Positions 10,867 to 22,117 of a stretch of 36,928 bases of DNA are shown in pieces; within the stretch, counting starts at the first letter, position 1; every line of letters begins with the position of its first letter. Source of the DNA: Chiloscyllium plagiosum (Eukaryota); assembly GCF_004010195.1 (NCBI RefSeq), contig NC_057719.1, positions 35,981,041 to 36,017,968 of the forward strand, read 5' to 3'. Made by a program: the position numbers and the translations under genes. Under the pieces are notes generated by a model. It was not told where the DNA came from. It searched no databases and saw only the letters and a program-made list of their open reading frames with translations.

Positions 10867-11110
10867 GAGAAAGTGAGGACTGCAGATGCTGGAGATCAGA
10901 GCTGAAAATGTGTTGCTGGAAAAGCGCAGCAGGTCAGGCAGCATCCAAGGAACAGGAGAATCGACGTTTCAGGCATGAGCCCTTCTTCAGGAACCTTCCT
11001 GAACCTTCTTCAGGAACCTTCCTGAAGAAGGGCTCATGCCTGAAACGTCGATTCTCCTGCTCCTTGGATGCTGCCTGACCTGCTGCGCTTTTCCAGCAAC
11101 ACATTTTTAG
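10867..11110 (-). mobile_element. Penelope-derived fold-back mini-element (family A), young, 15-bp TSD
   Basis: Near-perfect arms of about 95 bp (10901-10994 and 11019-11111); CCCTTAAGTTAAATG at 10852-10866 versus CCCTAAAGTTAAATG at 11111-11125. Confidence 0.9.
11019..11055 (+). ncRNA. Candidate minimal type I hammerhead ribozyme; mirror copy on the minus strand at about 10958-10993
   Basis: CTGAAGA-A-GGGC-TCAT-GCCT-GAAAC-GTC fits CUGANGA/stem II/GAAA/NUH; stems I and III are very short; activity untested. Confidence 0.6.
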
Positions 11111-11204
11111 CCCTAAAGTTAAATGCACCACCAGTTGTCTCTCTCTCTCTCTAATGAGAGACTAGCCCTGTGTCCCTCTGGAACTATGATGACTTTACTT
11201 TGAA

Positions 11205-11272
11205 TCAAGAGGCCTGGGTTTAAGTTCCACCTGCTCCAGAGCTGTGTAGTAACATCTCTGAACAAATTGACT
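11205..11272 (+). mobile_element. tRNA-derived SINE-like fragment
   Basis: GAGGCCTGGGTTTAAGTTCCACCTGCTCCAGAG...ACATCTCTGAACA, homologous to 10190-10291. Confidence 0.55.
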
Positions 11273-11617
11273 AGAAAATATATTTTGGTTTACCCTGAAA
11301 GGAACCTGCATTTCTAATGTTGACATTGGAAAGTGCTAAACTAGCAATATCTCTGCTGTTTTGACCTTTTCTCCCTGAATGAACTTGCTTCTGAAAGTCT
11401 GTTTCTCTGTGTTGTAAAATTCCAGTCAGCAAATACCTTACCTATTTATCTCCCTGGAGCTTGCTTGTCATTTAGCTAAAATCACATGATTTCTTTTAGC
11501 TCACTGATGCAAATTATTTTCTGGCCATTTTTATAAAGAATCACTTGCACTGCTTTGAAATTCAGATTCCATATATCTTCTTAGAACCTGTGTATAGTGA
11601 TAATTATATTGAGCCTT

Positions 11618-12087
11618 CACACAGAAGGTGGTACAGGTCTCGAATAAGTTGCCAGAGGAAGTGGTGGAGGCGAGTACAATTGCAACATTTAAGAGGCATT
11701 TGGATGGGTTATATGAATAGGAAGGGTTTGAGGGGTATGGGCCGGGTGCTGGCAGGTGGGACTAGATTGGTTTGGGATATGATTAGATTACTTACAGTGT
11801 GGAAACAGGCCCTTTGGCCCAACAAGTCCACACCGACCCGCCGAAGCGTAACCCACCCAAACCCATTCTCCTACATTTACCCCTTCACCTAACACTACGG
11901 GCAATTTAGCATGGCCAATTCACCTAACCCCTGCACATTTTTGGATTGTGGGAGGAAACCGGAGCACCCGGAGGAAACCCACACAGACACGGGGAGAATG
12001 TGCAAACTCCACACAGAGAAATCTGGTCGGCATGGATAGGTTGGACTGAAGGGTCTGTTTCCATGCGGTACATCTCTATTACTCTAT
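11618..12087 (+). mobile_element. CR1/HER1-like LINE 3' end interrupted by a SINE
   Basis: CCAGAGGAAGTGGTGGAGGCG...TTGGGATAT | CTGGTCGGCATGG...GGGTCTGTTTCCATGC and CTCTAT tail. Confidence 0.88.
11781..12017 (-). mobile_element. HE1-type SINE, 5'-truncated
   Basis: GATTAGATTACTTACAGTGTGGAAACAGGCCC tail as at 1058; tRNA-like head absent. Confidence 0.9.
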
Positions 12088-12279
12088 CTAACAGCATTAC
12101 AGATTTTCACCTCCTTGCATCCAATCTAGCTACCCAGCTGACTCTCTTTATACTCTATTTGAATATCAGCTAAACAAATGGACAAAGTAACTCATTTTGC
12201 CATTCTTTATATTTGCTCTCAATGTTGAATCAAACAATCCTCATCACATATCTTATGAATAATGGCATATTTGGTAGTT

Positions 12280-12863
12280 ATAGAGTCATACAGCACAGAA
12301 ATAGGCCATTCGGTCCAACCTGTCCATGCTGACCAGGTATCCTAAACTGGACTAGTCCCATTTGCCAGCATTTGGTCCATATCCAATTCATGTATCTGTT
12401 CAAATGTCATTTAAATGTTGTAACTGTACCTGCATCCACCATTTTCATAATGGCACCACTCTCTGTGTGAAAAAGTTGCCCCTCAGGAAAATGTAAAATC
12501 TTTTCCCTTTCACCTTAAACCCATGCCCTCTACTTTTGGATTTCCATACCCTCGGAAAAAGACTTTGGCGATTTACCTTATCTATGCCCCTCATGATATT
12601 ATAAACCTCTATAAGATCACCCTTCAGCCTCTGATGCTGAAGGGAAATAAGTCCCAGCCTATCCAGACTCTTCTTATAACTCAAACCGTCCAGTCCCAGC
12701 AACATCCTTTTAAATTTTTTCTATACCTTTTCCAGTTAAATAACCTCCTCCTTACAGCAGGGTGACCAGAACTGTAAGCAGGATTCTAAAATTGGCTTCT
12801 GCAATGTCCTGTACAGCCGTAACATGATGTCCCAACTCCTATACTTGTTGGTCTGACCAATGA
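12280..12863 (-). mobile_element. CR1/HER1-like LINE 3' fragment
   Basis: LSYKKSLDRLGLISLQHQRLKGDLIEVYNIMRG...RGNFFTQRVV (12445-12705); tail ATAGAGTCATA. Confidence 0.9.
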
Positions 12864-13892
12864 ATAGTGCAATGGTGGTCACCTGTAATGTGACATGAAC
12901 CCAGGGTCCCGGTTGAGGCCCTCCCTATGAGTACTGAACTTAGCTATCAGCCTCTGCTTGGCCACTTTTTGTTGCTGCCTGTCCTGAAGTCCGCCTTGGA
13001 GGATGGTCACCCGAAGGTCCGAGGTTGAATGTCCTGGACCACTGAAGTGTTCCCCAACTGGGAGAGAACACTCCTGTCTGTTGATTGTTGTGCTATGACA
13101 ACGGATGAATGGACACCGCATAAGGTGACCACCATTGCACTATACACACACACACTCTCACACACCCACCCACACACAGGCACTCCTATACATACATACA
13201 CACTGACACACATATACACAGACACGCACATCGACACCCACACACATCCTTACAGACACACACACTTCCACAATCACACATGCACCCCCTCACAGACTTA
13301 AGACACTCTACACTCACTACACACACACATACACTTTCTCACATTCACAGCCCCCAACCCAGACAAACACACACACACAGACAGACAAAGACCCACATGC
13401 ACACATATATTTTGTGGGGTGAATTTGTACTTGCAGGGTTACATTGTACTTTGCTCAAAAACTGCATGAATTCATGTAAAACTCCGTTATCTCACTTTTT
13501 AGATTAGAATCAATTGAAACATCATGGCAGAGAACACAGGGGGCTAACACCTTCAACATATTGTCTAGCTATCACCATTGTTAACAGCTAACCTGAGAAT
13601 GCAACTTTTTAAAAAAATGTTTTGTGATTTACACATGAAAGAAGTGAAACTATCATGGTATTCAAAGAGATGAAAGACTTAACAGACAATCAATTTTTCA
13701 ATGTATAATTTCAGTTACATCAGACTGTAAATTTTTGCTATAAATTCTGTGTTAGGATTGAGCCCTCCACTACCACCTGATAGTCGCTCTGAAAGCTAGT
13801 ATGCTTCCAATTAAACCTGTTGGACTATAACCTGGTGTTGTGTGATTTTTAACTTTGTACACCCCAGTTCAACACCGGCATCTCCAAATCAT
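12864..13892 (+). mobile_element. Penelope-like element remnant: rearranged GIY-YIG C-terminus plus pseudo-LTR
   Basis: TTINRQECSLPVGEHFSGPGHSTSDLRVTILQGG...LIAKFSTHREGLNRDPGFMSHY on minus 12879-13093; CA-rich 3' region; damaged hammerhead CTGAT...GAAAGCTAG at about 13777-13800; end ACACCGGCATCTCCAAATCAT. Confidence 0.85.
13141..13405. repeat. Degenerate (CA)n-rich tract in the Penelope 3' region
   Basis: Directly visible; explains the H/T-rich and C/V-rich spurious ORFs. Confidence 0.92.
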
Positions 13893-16800
13893 GACTCTAA
13901 TTTTATACATGCTACTTTTTTGAGGATAGGAAACCTGCTCAATAAGAATACAGCTATCTTTGATGTAACTCAATATCATCAAATCTGAATTTCTTTAGTT
14001 AACAAAATCAGTCTGTCTTATTCTTAGAATTAACATTTTATATAGCAACTACTGATATTTGTGGAGGACAATTCTCAAACTGTTAGACCCTTTTAGCATG
14101 GACATGTGCCTCATGTGGCATATTGAGTCGATGCAGTGGCTAGTTACTACAGTAAATGTGCAGTAAATACAACCGCTACTGATATCTTGGTGCTACAATG
14201 AAAGCTCAGACAACAGTTATGGCTTTGTTGCCATTGTTATGATCTCCAAGTTGATCCAGAGTCCAAAACAAAACCCAAATGATGAAATTACTGTACAATA
14301 TTTCACTTTTCATGACTTTTACTTTAACATGAATCAGAATCAATGCAAAAAAGCAGATTATCAGACTTATCACAGTTGAAATGAAGTACAAATTACATGT
14401 GGAATGTCAGATAAAACATTATGGTATCTCCTGGATCTTCTAGACAGCTATTCCATTTGTAAGACGCTGCCATCAGTCACACAGTTCTTACAAGCTTGTA
14501 TCTTCATTGTACGCAATTTTAAACCCTTTCCTTCAAGGACTTAGCTATTTCCCTGTAGACAGCAGCATCCACGTAATTAGGGCTTCACCCTATTCTTCCA
14601 TACAATAGGGCATTTTTTTCTTGAGCTTTCTCAATTGTCAATCCCTGCTGGTCATGGTAGTGTGGATCTACCAGAAGCACCTTTATGCAGATAGGGTAGT
14701 TTTGAAACCAATCACTTGTAAGTTAAACCAATGGCAGCAACAGGTTAAATGTGCTTTCTGATTGCTCAGGAATTCAGCTGTCTGACTTGGCTTGCTAACT
14801 GTCTCCTCTCTCCAGCTTTCCTCCTTTGTCTTGGTTTGTCTTCATGTGGCCTTTGAATTTTAACATCCTTCCTATTTCCAGGTCAAAATTCATCAGATCA
14901 CATGGAGCTAGAGTTTCTTATTTTTGCAAAATTATAATTGGTTTATTTACAATTGATGCATACTCCTAGAAGTCCTTTCCAAATGTCTTTAAAAGCAATC
15001 ATAGATACCCCAGATTTTCCTTACTGTTACTATTTCTGGCGTAAAGGAAATCACACAATGCGGCCTGTCATTTTTATCATCATGGGTACGGATCTCAGTA
15101 TACAAATGAGCTTGTGTGATCTCACAGCATCTCAGCAATCCTTCCTCCAACAAGGTTGGTTTTGCATAAAAAATCGTTAGGAGAGGCAAAGCCATCCATT
15201 AGCTGGGTGCTCAGGCAAAGCTCAGGGCTGATTTATTTATTTATTTTTGTTTCTATAATTGAATGTGCTGGTGGATGATAATATTACAGAAATTATTTTG
15301 TGGCTTTTATTGCAACAACTTGGTGAAGGAGATGGACTCCAAGATGGATGGGAAGTCAATGGATAATGAACCGATGATGATAAATGAATGACCTCTTGAG
15401 CAAAACAAAGTCCACTTAAATAGCCTTGAGCAGCTTGTTTAGGAGTTCTGGATATCTACTCCCTGCCAGAACGGTGGGCTGCCATCATAATCCAATCACT
15501 GTTAACATTTGCGCTGTACACATGGTAACCTGTGCTAGGAATGTGTCTCTGATAGGGCATCTCGCACACCATGCCAGATATGTGTTGACTATCATTTACT
15601 TATTTTGAAACTCCCAAAGTTCATTAGTTTACAATCAAAGCTACTTCATGGGTAAGTAGAAATTCAGAATCCAGCAGGAAGAGAAGAGGATTGATCATGA
15701 GTTATTGTGAAAATCAACGTGATGCTGAATGAATGCTGTTGAAGAAGATTGGATGCTTGAGACTAAGCTGTCACCAGATGAAGAAAGTAATAAGATCTTT
15801 ACCTTGAATAAGTCTCATAGACTTGGATGGGAAGTTTATAATTGGCTATTACATTCTCACTAAACTTTTATGCTCTGTGCTTCAGTGCTTTATTTATGAA
15901 TTTGCTTCCATATTGTGTCCAGTCTGCCCATTCTGTGGTAATCTTGAACTGAACAGTAATGCTGCTGCAATGGTTAAACTGATGGTGATATTATCTTGAT
16001 AAATTGTTTTTAATGTACTACTGTTCCTGTCTAATATTGGCTCACTTAGAAGCATGAAAGTGTCAGATAATGCCTATAATATTGACATACTTCTTTGTTA
16101 TTATTGAGTTTGACTTTTTGAAATCTTGGATATAAATTCAAGTCAAATAAAAGTGATAGTGGCTACATTTGGAATCTTATTTCATATCCTAGGCAAACTT
16201 AAATTCTGATGTCTCATTTCCAAAAGATTTAATTGGCTAGATGTTTACACATAATCCTATGGTGATGGTTTAAATTTGTTACAGCAAATTTAAATATAAT
16301 AATAAAGGAAAAACTAAGACCACAGCAACTAAAATGTCTTGTTTAGTTTTCATGTTTTCTCTTTCATCAAAAAATAACTCTCTTGGAATGTTGGAATTTA
16401 TGAACACTTGTAGCTTCCAAAGAAAGCATGATTTTGAACAAAATGTACCATACGTAAATATCAAAACTGGTGGTTGACTAAAACGTTTCAAAGCTACTGG
16501 TTAAAAGAATTCAGACTAATGCTAAGAGCCTTTCTGATGGTGCCTAACTTTGAAAATATAAATGGAATTTTGATAACAGGATGTCTGACAAAAAAACATA
16601 CATTTAAGAACAAGTTACAATTATTAATAAATGGACCTGAAAGTGCAAGATTTGTACTGCTGTAGAAGGGCTTTGAAAGACTCAATTACACACAGAGAAA
16701 GGATTCATTGCGGTTGTCACATATTATCAGGTGCCAAAATATCATCATACTTAATAATCTGAAGAGAAAGATGCGTGTCAATTTCCATACAACCTAGGGC

Positions 16801-18111
16801 CTGTTCTCATTAAATATGTTGATAAAACAAATGCTTAGTTATGTTGTTGCTGAATATGTGCAAGATTAGCAACTCCTAAAATAACCTTAACGTACTGTTC
16901 TCATTTCCTTATTAACAAGCATAACAATTAAAAATAGTACAAACCTAGCCTTCTTTTAACTGGTGAACACTTGTGGATTAAATGAAAGCCTCAAATGACC
17001 TATTCTGGCATAAAGAGAATAAAATGCTTATCTTTAAGATCTCTGGCTTTTTACAATAAAGGGATATTGTGAAACAAAATTAAGCTTTGAATCACAAGTA
17101 TGTTAGCCTCATTTGACCTACTGGAAATAAAAGGCAAGTGTTAGACATCTGAACTTTTTGTAACATAATCCTACTTTAAATTAGAACTTAATCAGATTCG
17201 ACAGGAGATTTGTGTCAAATCACGCTATATATAAAACTGTAATTTTGTAACATTGCTGGATTTATGGCACCCAAGGAAAGCATTATTGGATTAAGGAGCA
17301 CCAGAGAAAAATATAAATTTTTTGTTTAGCTATGTATAACTGTTACTGAACTCACAATTTATTTATTCTAAAAAAACAAAGCCAACATATCCTTATTTGG
17401 CTTACTGAAAAAAACTGAAGGTCAATATTTATAGGAAAGAATTCTGCTGCCTCCGACTGGTCAGTAGGCACTTCCTGGCAGGTTCAGATGGGAAACTGAT
17501 AGGGCCCTTGCAGACTAAAGTGTTAAAATCTGCTGGGTCTCACTGTGCATTAGGCTGGGTTATTTCCTGTCCACCTTGGTCTAACCAGCATGGCTTCTTT
17601 CAGGGATATAGTTTCAGCTAATCTGTTTACTGTTCTGCAGTACAGGGCAAGATTTTAACCCATTCAAAACTTGTCCACTTTCACAGTGTTGAAATTAGGC
17701 TGAAAGCAACTGGATAAATTATTTCCCCATAAAAGACCAGATCCTATTAAAAAGTACTTGACCAAATCAAGCATTGCTTTGCATTATTAAACAGTGTGCA
17801 TGTTAATATCCATATTTTGATGAATTTTAAAATGTTGGGTATGATCCATGACTGTCAATTGCTTAAATGCCAACCTGACTCACATCAAATTCTCTTTGGG
17901 CAATTGTTTTGCACAACTAAATGAGTAAAACAACAAACATCTCCATAATTCCAAATACATTGAATAGATTTTTAAGATATTCAAATATGAATCACACCAA
18001 ATGCTTTGGACATTGATACTATTTACCATTTTGTTGTCTGCTCATGTCAAATGACCATTTCCTTCAATAGTGTTTTCAATTTTGTGCAGTTTAATTGGCT
18101 GATTATATCAT

Positions 18112-18460
18112 AAGTCCCACTCTGGAAAATCAAAGCTGTGCAGAGCACTGTTGAAACTCTCATTTTTCAGTTGAGGTGCTAAACCAAGGTCCTGTCAGTA
18201 CTGTCAGGTGGACATAAAAGATCGCATGTCTCTATTTTAAAGTAGAGCAGAGGAGTTATGGTAACCTGCCAATGATTATCTCTGAATCACTCACAAAAAT
18301 AAATTATTTAAGTCATTTTCACATTGTTATTTATTGGAACTTGGTGTGTTTCCTCTGCTGCAACAATGACTACACTACAAAAATACACTGCAAAATAAAA
18401 AGGACTTTGGGAAGTTTGGAGGTAGTAAATGGAGCTTTCTAAATGCAAGGTTTTCTTTTT
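18112..18460 (+). mobile_element. DeuSINE (SacSINE1/AmnSINE1-related) relic
   Basis: Deu-domain-like TAAACCAAGGTCCTGTC...TCAGGTGGACATAAAAGATCGCATG...AGAGCAGAGGAGTT; 3' ACAATGACTACACT...TAAATGCAAG. Confidence 0.75.
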
Positions 18461-19043
18461 ATAAGAACCTAAAGAGCTTAGAGAAAGGCTAAGGGCCAAG
18501 CTTATTAGACATTGTAAAAACTCCCCTTTCAGGGGCTCAAAACAAATGTATTTAAATTTTCTACGGAAATGATTTGTCTAATTTCACCAGATCACACAAG
18601 ATAATAAAGATACTTCGTAATACTTACTGTCGGTATTTCGTGAGTTCAATAATAGAATGAGAGGAAATTATTCAGGAATATTTGGCTACTTCAGGTCATA
18701 ATTATCCCTTTATCCTTCAAACTGTTTCAAACCAGAGATGCTTTTCTGAAGGAGTTAATCGACTGAGCATTCGGAAGTATACCAAAAATTCTAATTTTTA
18801 CCTAACATTTGATCTTGATTAAAACCTGTTCAGTTTATACTTCTCTAACTCTATGATTGCAGACTTATTTATATAACGTCCTTGCATCTACATTACCTAT
18901 AATCTCTTCCTACCTGAAAAGCCTGGATAATGGCCTTCGTTGGGATTTTTAAATAAACATCCAAAAATGGACCTGTTGATTGCAACTTTTTTTATTAAGC
19001 ACTAGCTCATCCATTTATCTCTCTGACAATAACGGAAACATTG

Positions 19044-19219
19044 AGGCCTTGAATTTTGCAAATCTTCCAATATCCCACTATAGTTTTTTTTGGAGACTGA
19101 CAAGCAAAGTCTTCCAGGGAAATGGAAAATGGTAATCTTAAGCTGTCTCTCTCATTTCCATGAGGGCTACTGCCAGTTATAGTAAGAAAGAAGGAGAATC
19201 CCCTAAGAATTTCAGGGTC
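19044..19219. mobile_element. Degenerate MITE-like palindromic element
   Basis: Imperfect terminal inverted repeats GGCCTTGAATTT / AATTTCAGGGTC and internal inverted blocks GGAAATG / CATTTCC and CTATAG / TTATAG. Confidence 0.45.
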
Positions 19220-20384
19220 TGTGAACCACGATTCAGTTGTCTGTGAGTAAATGCCAGATGAGTCAATTAATTTCCATGGATGTTCTTGGCTGGTGATGGA
19301 GTGGGGGTGTGAGAGGGCAAGGAGAGGTTTTGTTTAGTATAAGTGAGGAAGATTGTAACATAGTAACATTTACTGGCAAGGTTATTAGCTAATAATGATG
19401 TGAAAGTATTAGAGAAACAGCACATAGAATACAAACATGCTGCTGATGAAATCTGTGTCACAGGTCAATATTTATCTATGACGCTGATGCTGGTGGAGTA
19501 AAATTAGTCAGTCCTCTTGCTGTGTAGATTTTTCCGCTTACAATGTTAGTATTTAGAGGCACATCAAATTTTCATATTGTGAATGCCGCAGTACTTTATT
19601 TTCTTTTGATAGAACATGGTTTAATTCAGCAGGCACATCTTTTACAAGGATTGTTCAAATTAAACACAAAAAGCCACATAAGGACACAAGGTTGAGACTT
19701 AGTGTCACCTGTTTGGTAATCAGCAAAAAGCTGCTTTGTGCTCCACTGACCCTGTAGCCCTGAAAAGGATTATGAAACAAAGGTTTTCTCAGGTAATCTG
19801 TGGTTCATCCAGGTTTTAACGAAGTTAATACCTTTCATTGAAACACTGATAAATAAAGAAATCTGGAGAATCTGGTTCCACTCTAGTTCTTTAAAATGAG
19901 TTAAATGATGTTTTATAAAGTTCACAATATTTTTATCTCAGTTTATGAGCAGAGGAAACTAACTCACCCTCATTTCTGAGATCTAAATGTTAAAAGTGTT
20001 TTAATTGATTATTAATTAATTAAAAGTATTAATTGATTGTGTGTTCAAATTTTTAAAGCAAAAATGAAGATTGCACTCCATCTGCAATAAAATCTGGCTG
20101 GAGGATTTGGTGCATCAGCCGTTTACTGTGCAGGTTGAAAAGAACAGCTCAGGCTGAGGCATATGACATAACTAAAGCTGATAACACAAAAAAAGACTCA
20201 AAGGAAGCATTTTGCTTAACAATTAGAAGCTCTCGGAAAGAAATGGAGCTCAGACGTGATGTGAAGAAAATTTACACTCAATGTAATTTTTGTTACTTTG
20301 TTTTCTATCTCCCCCTTTTTTTCTCTTGCTCCTCACGAACTCCTCTCTTGTGTCTACCTCAAATTTGGTCAGTGATTAGGGACA

Positions 20385-21070
20385 AGAGGGTGTGCCGATG
20401 ATTGAGGCAGGAAGAGGAATCCAGGAGGTAGTGCTGACAGACCCTTGGGCTTGTCTACCGAGTTTGGGATTCTTGCTCCCTGCGTAGATGAGAGTGAGGG
20501 CTGAAGGAAGGTGGCAAACGGACCGTATCCTGGTACGGGGAGCCATTGAAGAGGGGGCTAAAAAGAGAACTGTAATTACAATCAGGGATAGTATAGCCAG
20601 GGAAATGGACTCTGTTCTCTGTAGCCCGATTCGAGAGTCAAGGCTATGTTGCCTGCCTGTTACTAGCTAAGCCAAGGGCAAATTTACAGGGTCAACAAGC
20701 TTAAAGATGTAAATGTGTAGCTCAAAGATTGATATGGGATAAACAGTTTAAATTCATGCGACGTGGACACCAGTACTGGGGAAGGAGGGAGTTCTTCTGA
20801 TGGGTCAGGGGACTGCAGATGAGCTTGGAGGGGGAGGGGAAGATCCAATTGTTATGGCCCACGTAGGTACAAGTGATATCAGTAGAAAGAAGAATGAAAT
20901 TCTGCTGAGGGAATATGAGCAGCTAGGAGCTAAAGTAAAAAGCAGAACCAAAAAGCAATAATCTCTAGGTGGCTACTTGAACCACGAACAAATTGGCACA
21001 GGAGGTAAATGCTTGACTCAAAGATTGGTGTGGGATAAGTGCGTTTAAATTCATAGCACATCGGTACCAG
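20385..21070 (+). mobile_element. CR1 LINE ORF1 (SGNH esterase-like) decayed fragments
   Basis: VITIRDSIAREMDSVLCSPIRESRLCCLP resembles the GDS(I) block of CR1 ORF1; further motifs AHVGTSDI and LLREYEQLGAK. Confidence 0.75.
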
Positions 21071-21072
21071 AA

Positions 21073-21160
21073 ACAAATTATTGCAGGTGCTGGAATCTGA
21101 ACTGAAAACAAAAAAATGCCAAAGATCACAGCAGGTCAGGCAGCATCCATGGAGAGAGCA
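21073..21160 (-). mobile_element. Single arm of a related Penelope-derived element
   Basis: TGCAGGTGCTGGAATCTGAACTGAAAAC...CACAGCAGGTCAGGCAGCATCCATGGAGAG shares the CAGCAGGTCAGGCAGCATCC core with family A. Confidence 0.65.
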
Positions 21161-21334
21161 TTCTATTATTACTATTGTAACAGCCAATATACTGCCTCGA
21201 AGTGTACCATCTCCTTTCGTGACATCTCCATAGTTTTGCATTTTATGAAACAGAGGGATTGTTGATAGCAGTTAGATAGGCATTTAGCCAGTAAATTCCA
21301 GATTTTTTTGTCATCCCCACATGGATTACATTAG

Positions 21335-21920
21335 TTAAAGTGTACAGCACAGAAACAAGTTATTTGAACCAAGTGGAAATTGCGGCATTTATATTCCACG
21401 TGATCCTTCTTCTGGCATAATCCGTCTAACTCAATCAGTGTATCTTTCCATTCCTTCTCCCTTCTTTAGTTTCCCCTTAAATGCATCAACTGTTTGCTTC
21501 AACTGTTTCGTGTGAAAGCAGGTTCCATATTCTAACCACCTCCAGGTAAAAAGAACATTTCTCCTGAATTTCCTACTGCCTGTATTAATGAATGTCATGG
21601 ATTTATAAGTTTTAATTTAGAACTCTCGTAGATGGAAATATTTTATTGATGTTGATTCCAACAAACTCTTAATTATCTTGAAGGTCTCCATTAAATCATT
21701 GCTGAGCTTCAACAGCAGTGGGCCTAGCACATTTCGAACTCTATATCCTACTTTTGCCAACTGAGTAGACACCCTTAAACCTTTGTTTTCTGTTTTATAG
21801 TCAGCTTTTTATCTATTGTGCTACCTTGCCAATGAAACCACATGTTTTGCCCTTAGTTCTGAAGCTGTGTGGTACCTTACTGAAGACCTCTTGAAAGTTC
21901 AAATGTATTACATCCAATGC
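21335..21920 (-). mobile_element. Ancient CR1/L2-type LINE 3' relic
   Basis: TACAGCACAGAAACAAG tail; GGTTCCATATTCTAACCACCTCCAGGTAAAAAG is the reverse of the FFTQRVV..WN-type block. Confidence 0.55.
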
Positions 21921-22117
21921 TGGCTTTATTACATTTTCTTTGTTTCTATATTTTCCCTAGTTCCATTCTCCTTCCTACAAAATTAGCAATTTTTCTAATC
22001 TCTTGCTTTGGTCTTTGTCTTATTGTGTATTTCTTAATTATTGGTTTTATATCTTATTATGTTATGATTGTTGTTACCTAGATGTTATGCTATATTTATT
22101 TCTCTGGATTTTTTTTG

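Noticed and set aside
10848..11131. Mirror ORFs MCCWKSAAGQAASKEQENRRF on both strands
   Set aside because: By-product of the palindromic element; frames are not preserved among copies.
13007..13507. His/Thr-rich and Cys/Val-rich ORFs
   Set aside because: Translations of the (CA)n tract.
18621..18790. Minus-strand exon ending at donor GTAAGTA
   Set aside because: All three frames have stops shortly upstream and there is no clear acceptor.
13900..20380. Conserved vertebrate microRNA hairpins
   Set aside because: I recognised no mature miRNA sequence by eye; a miRBase/Rfam search is needed to exclude them.
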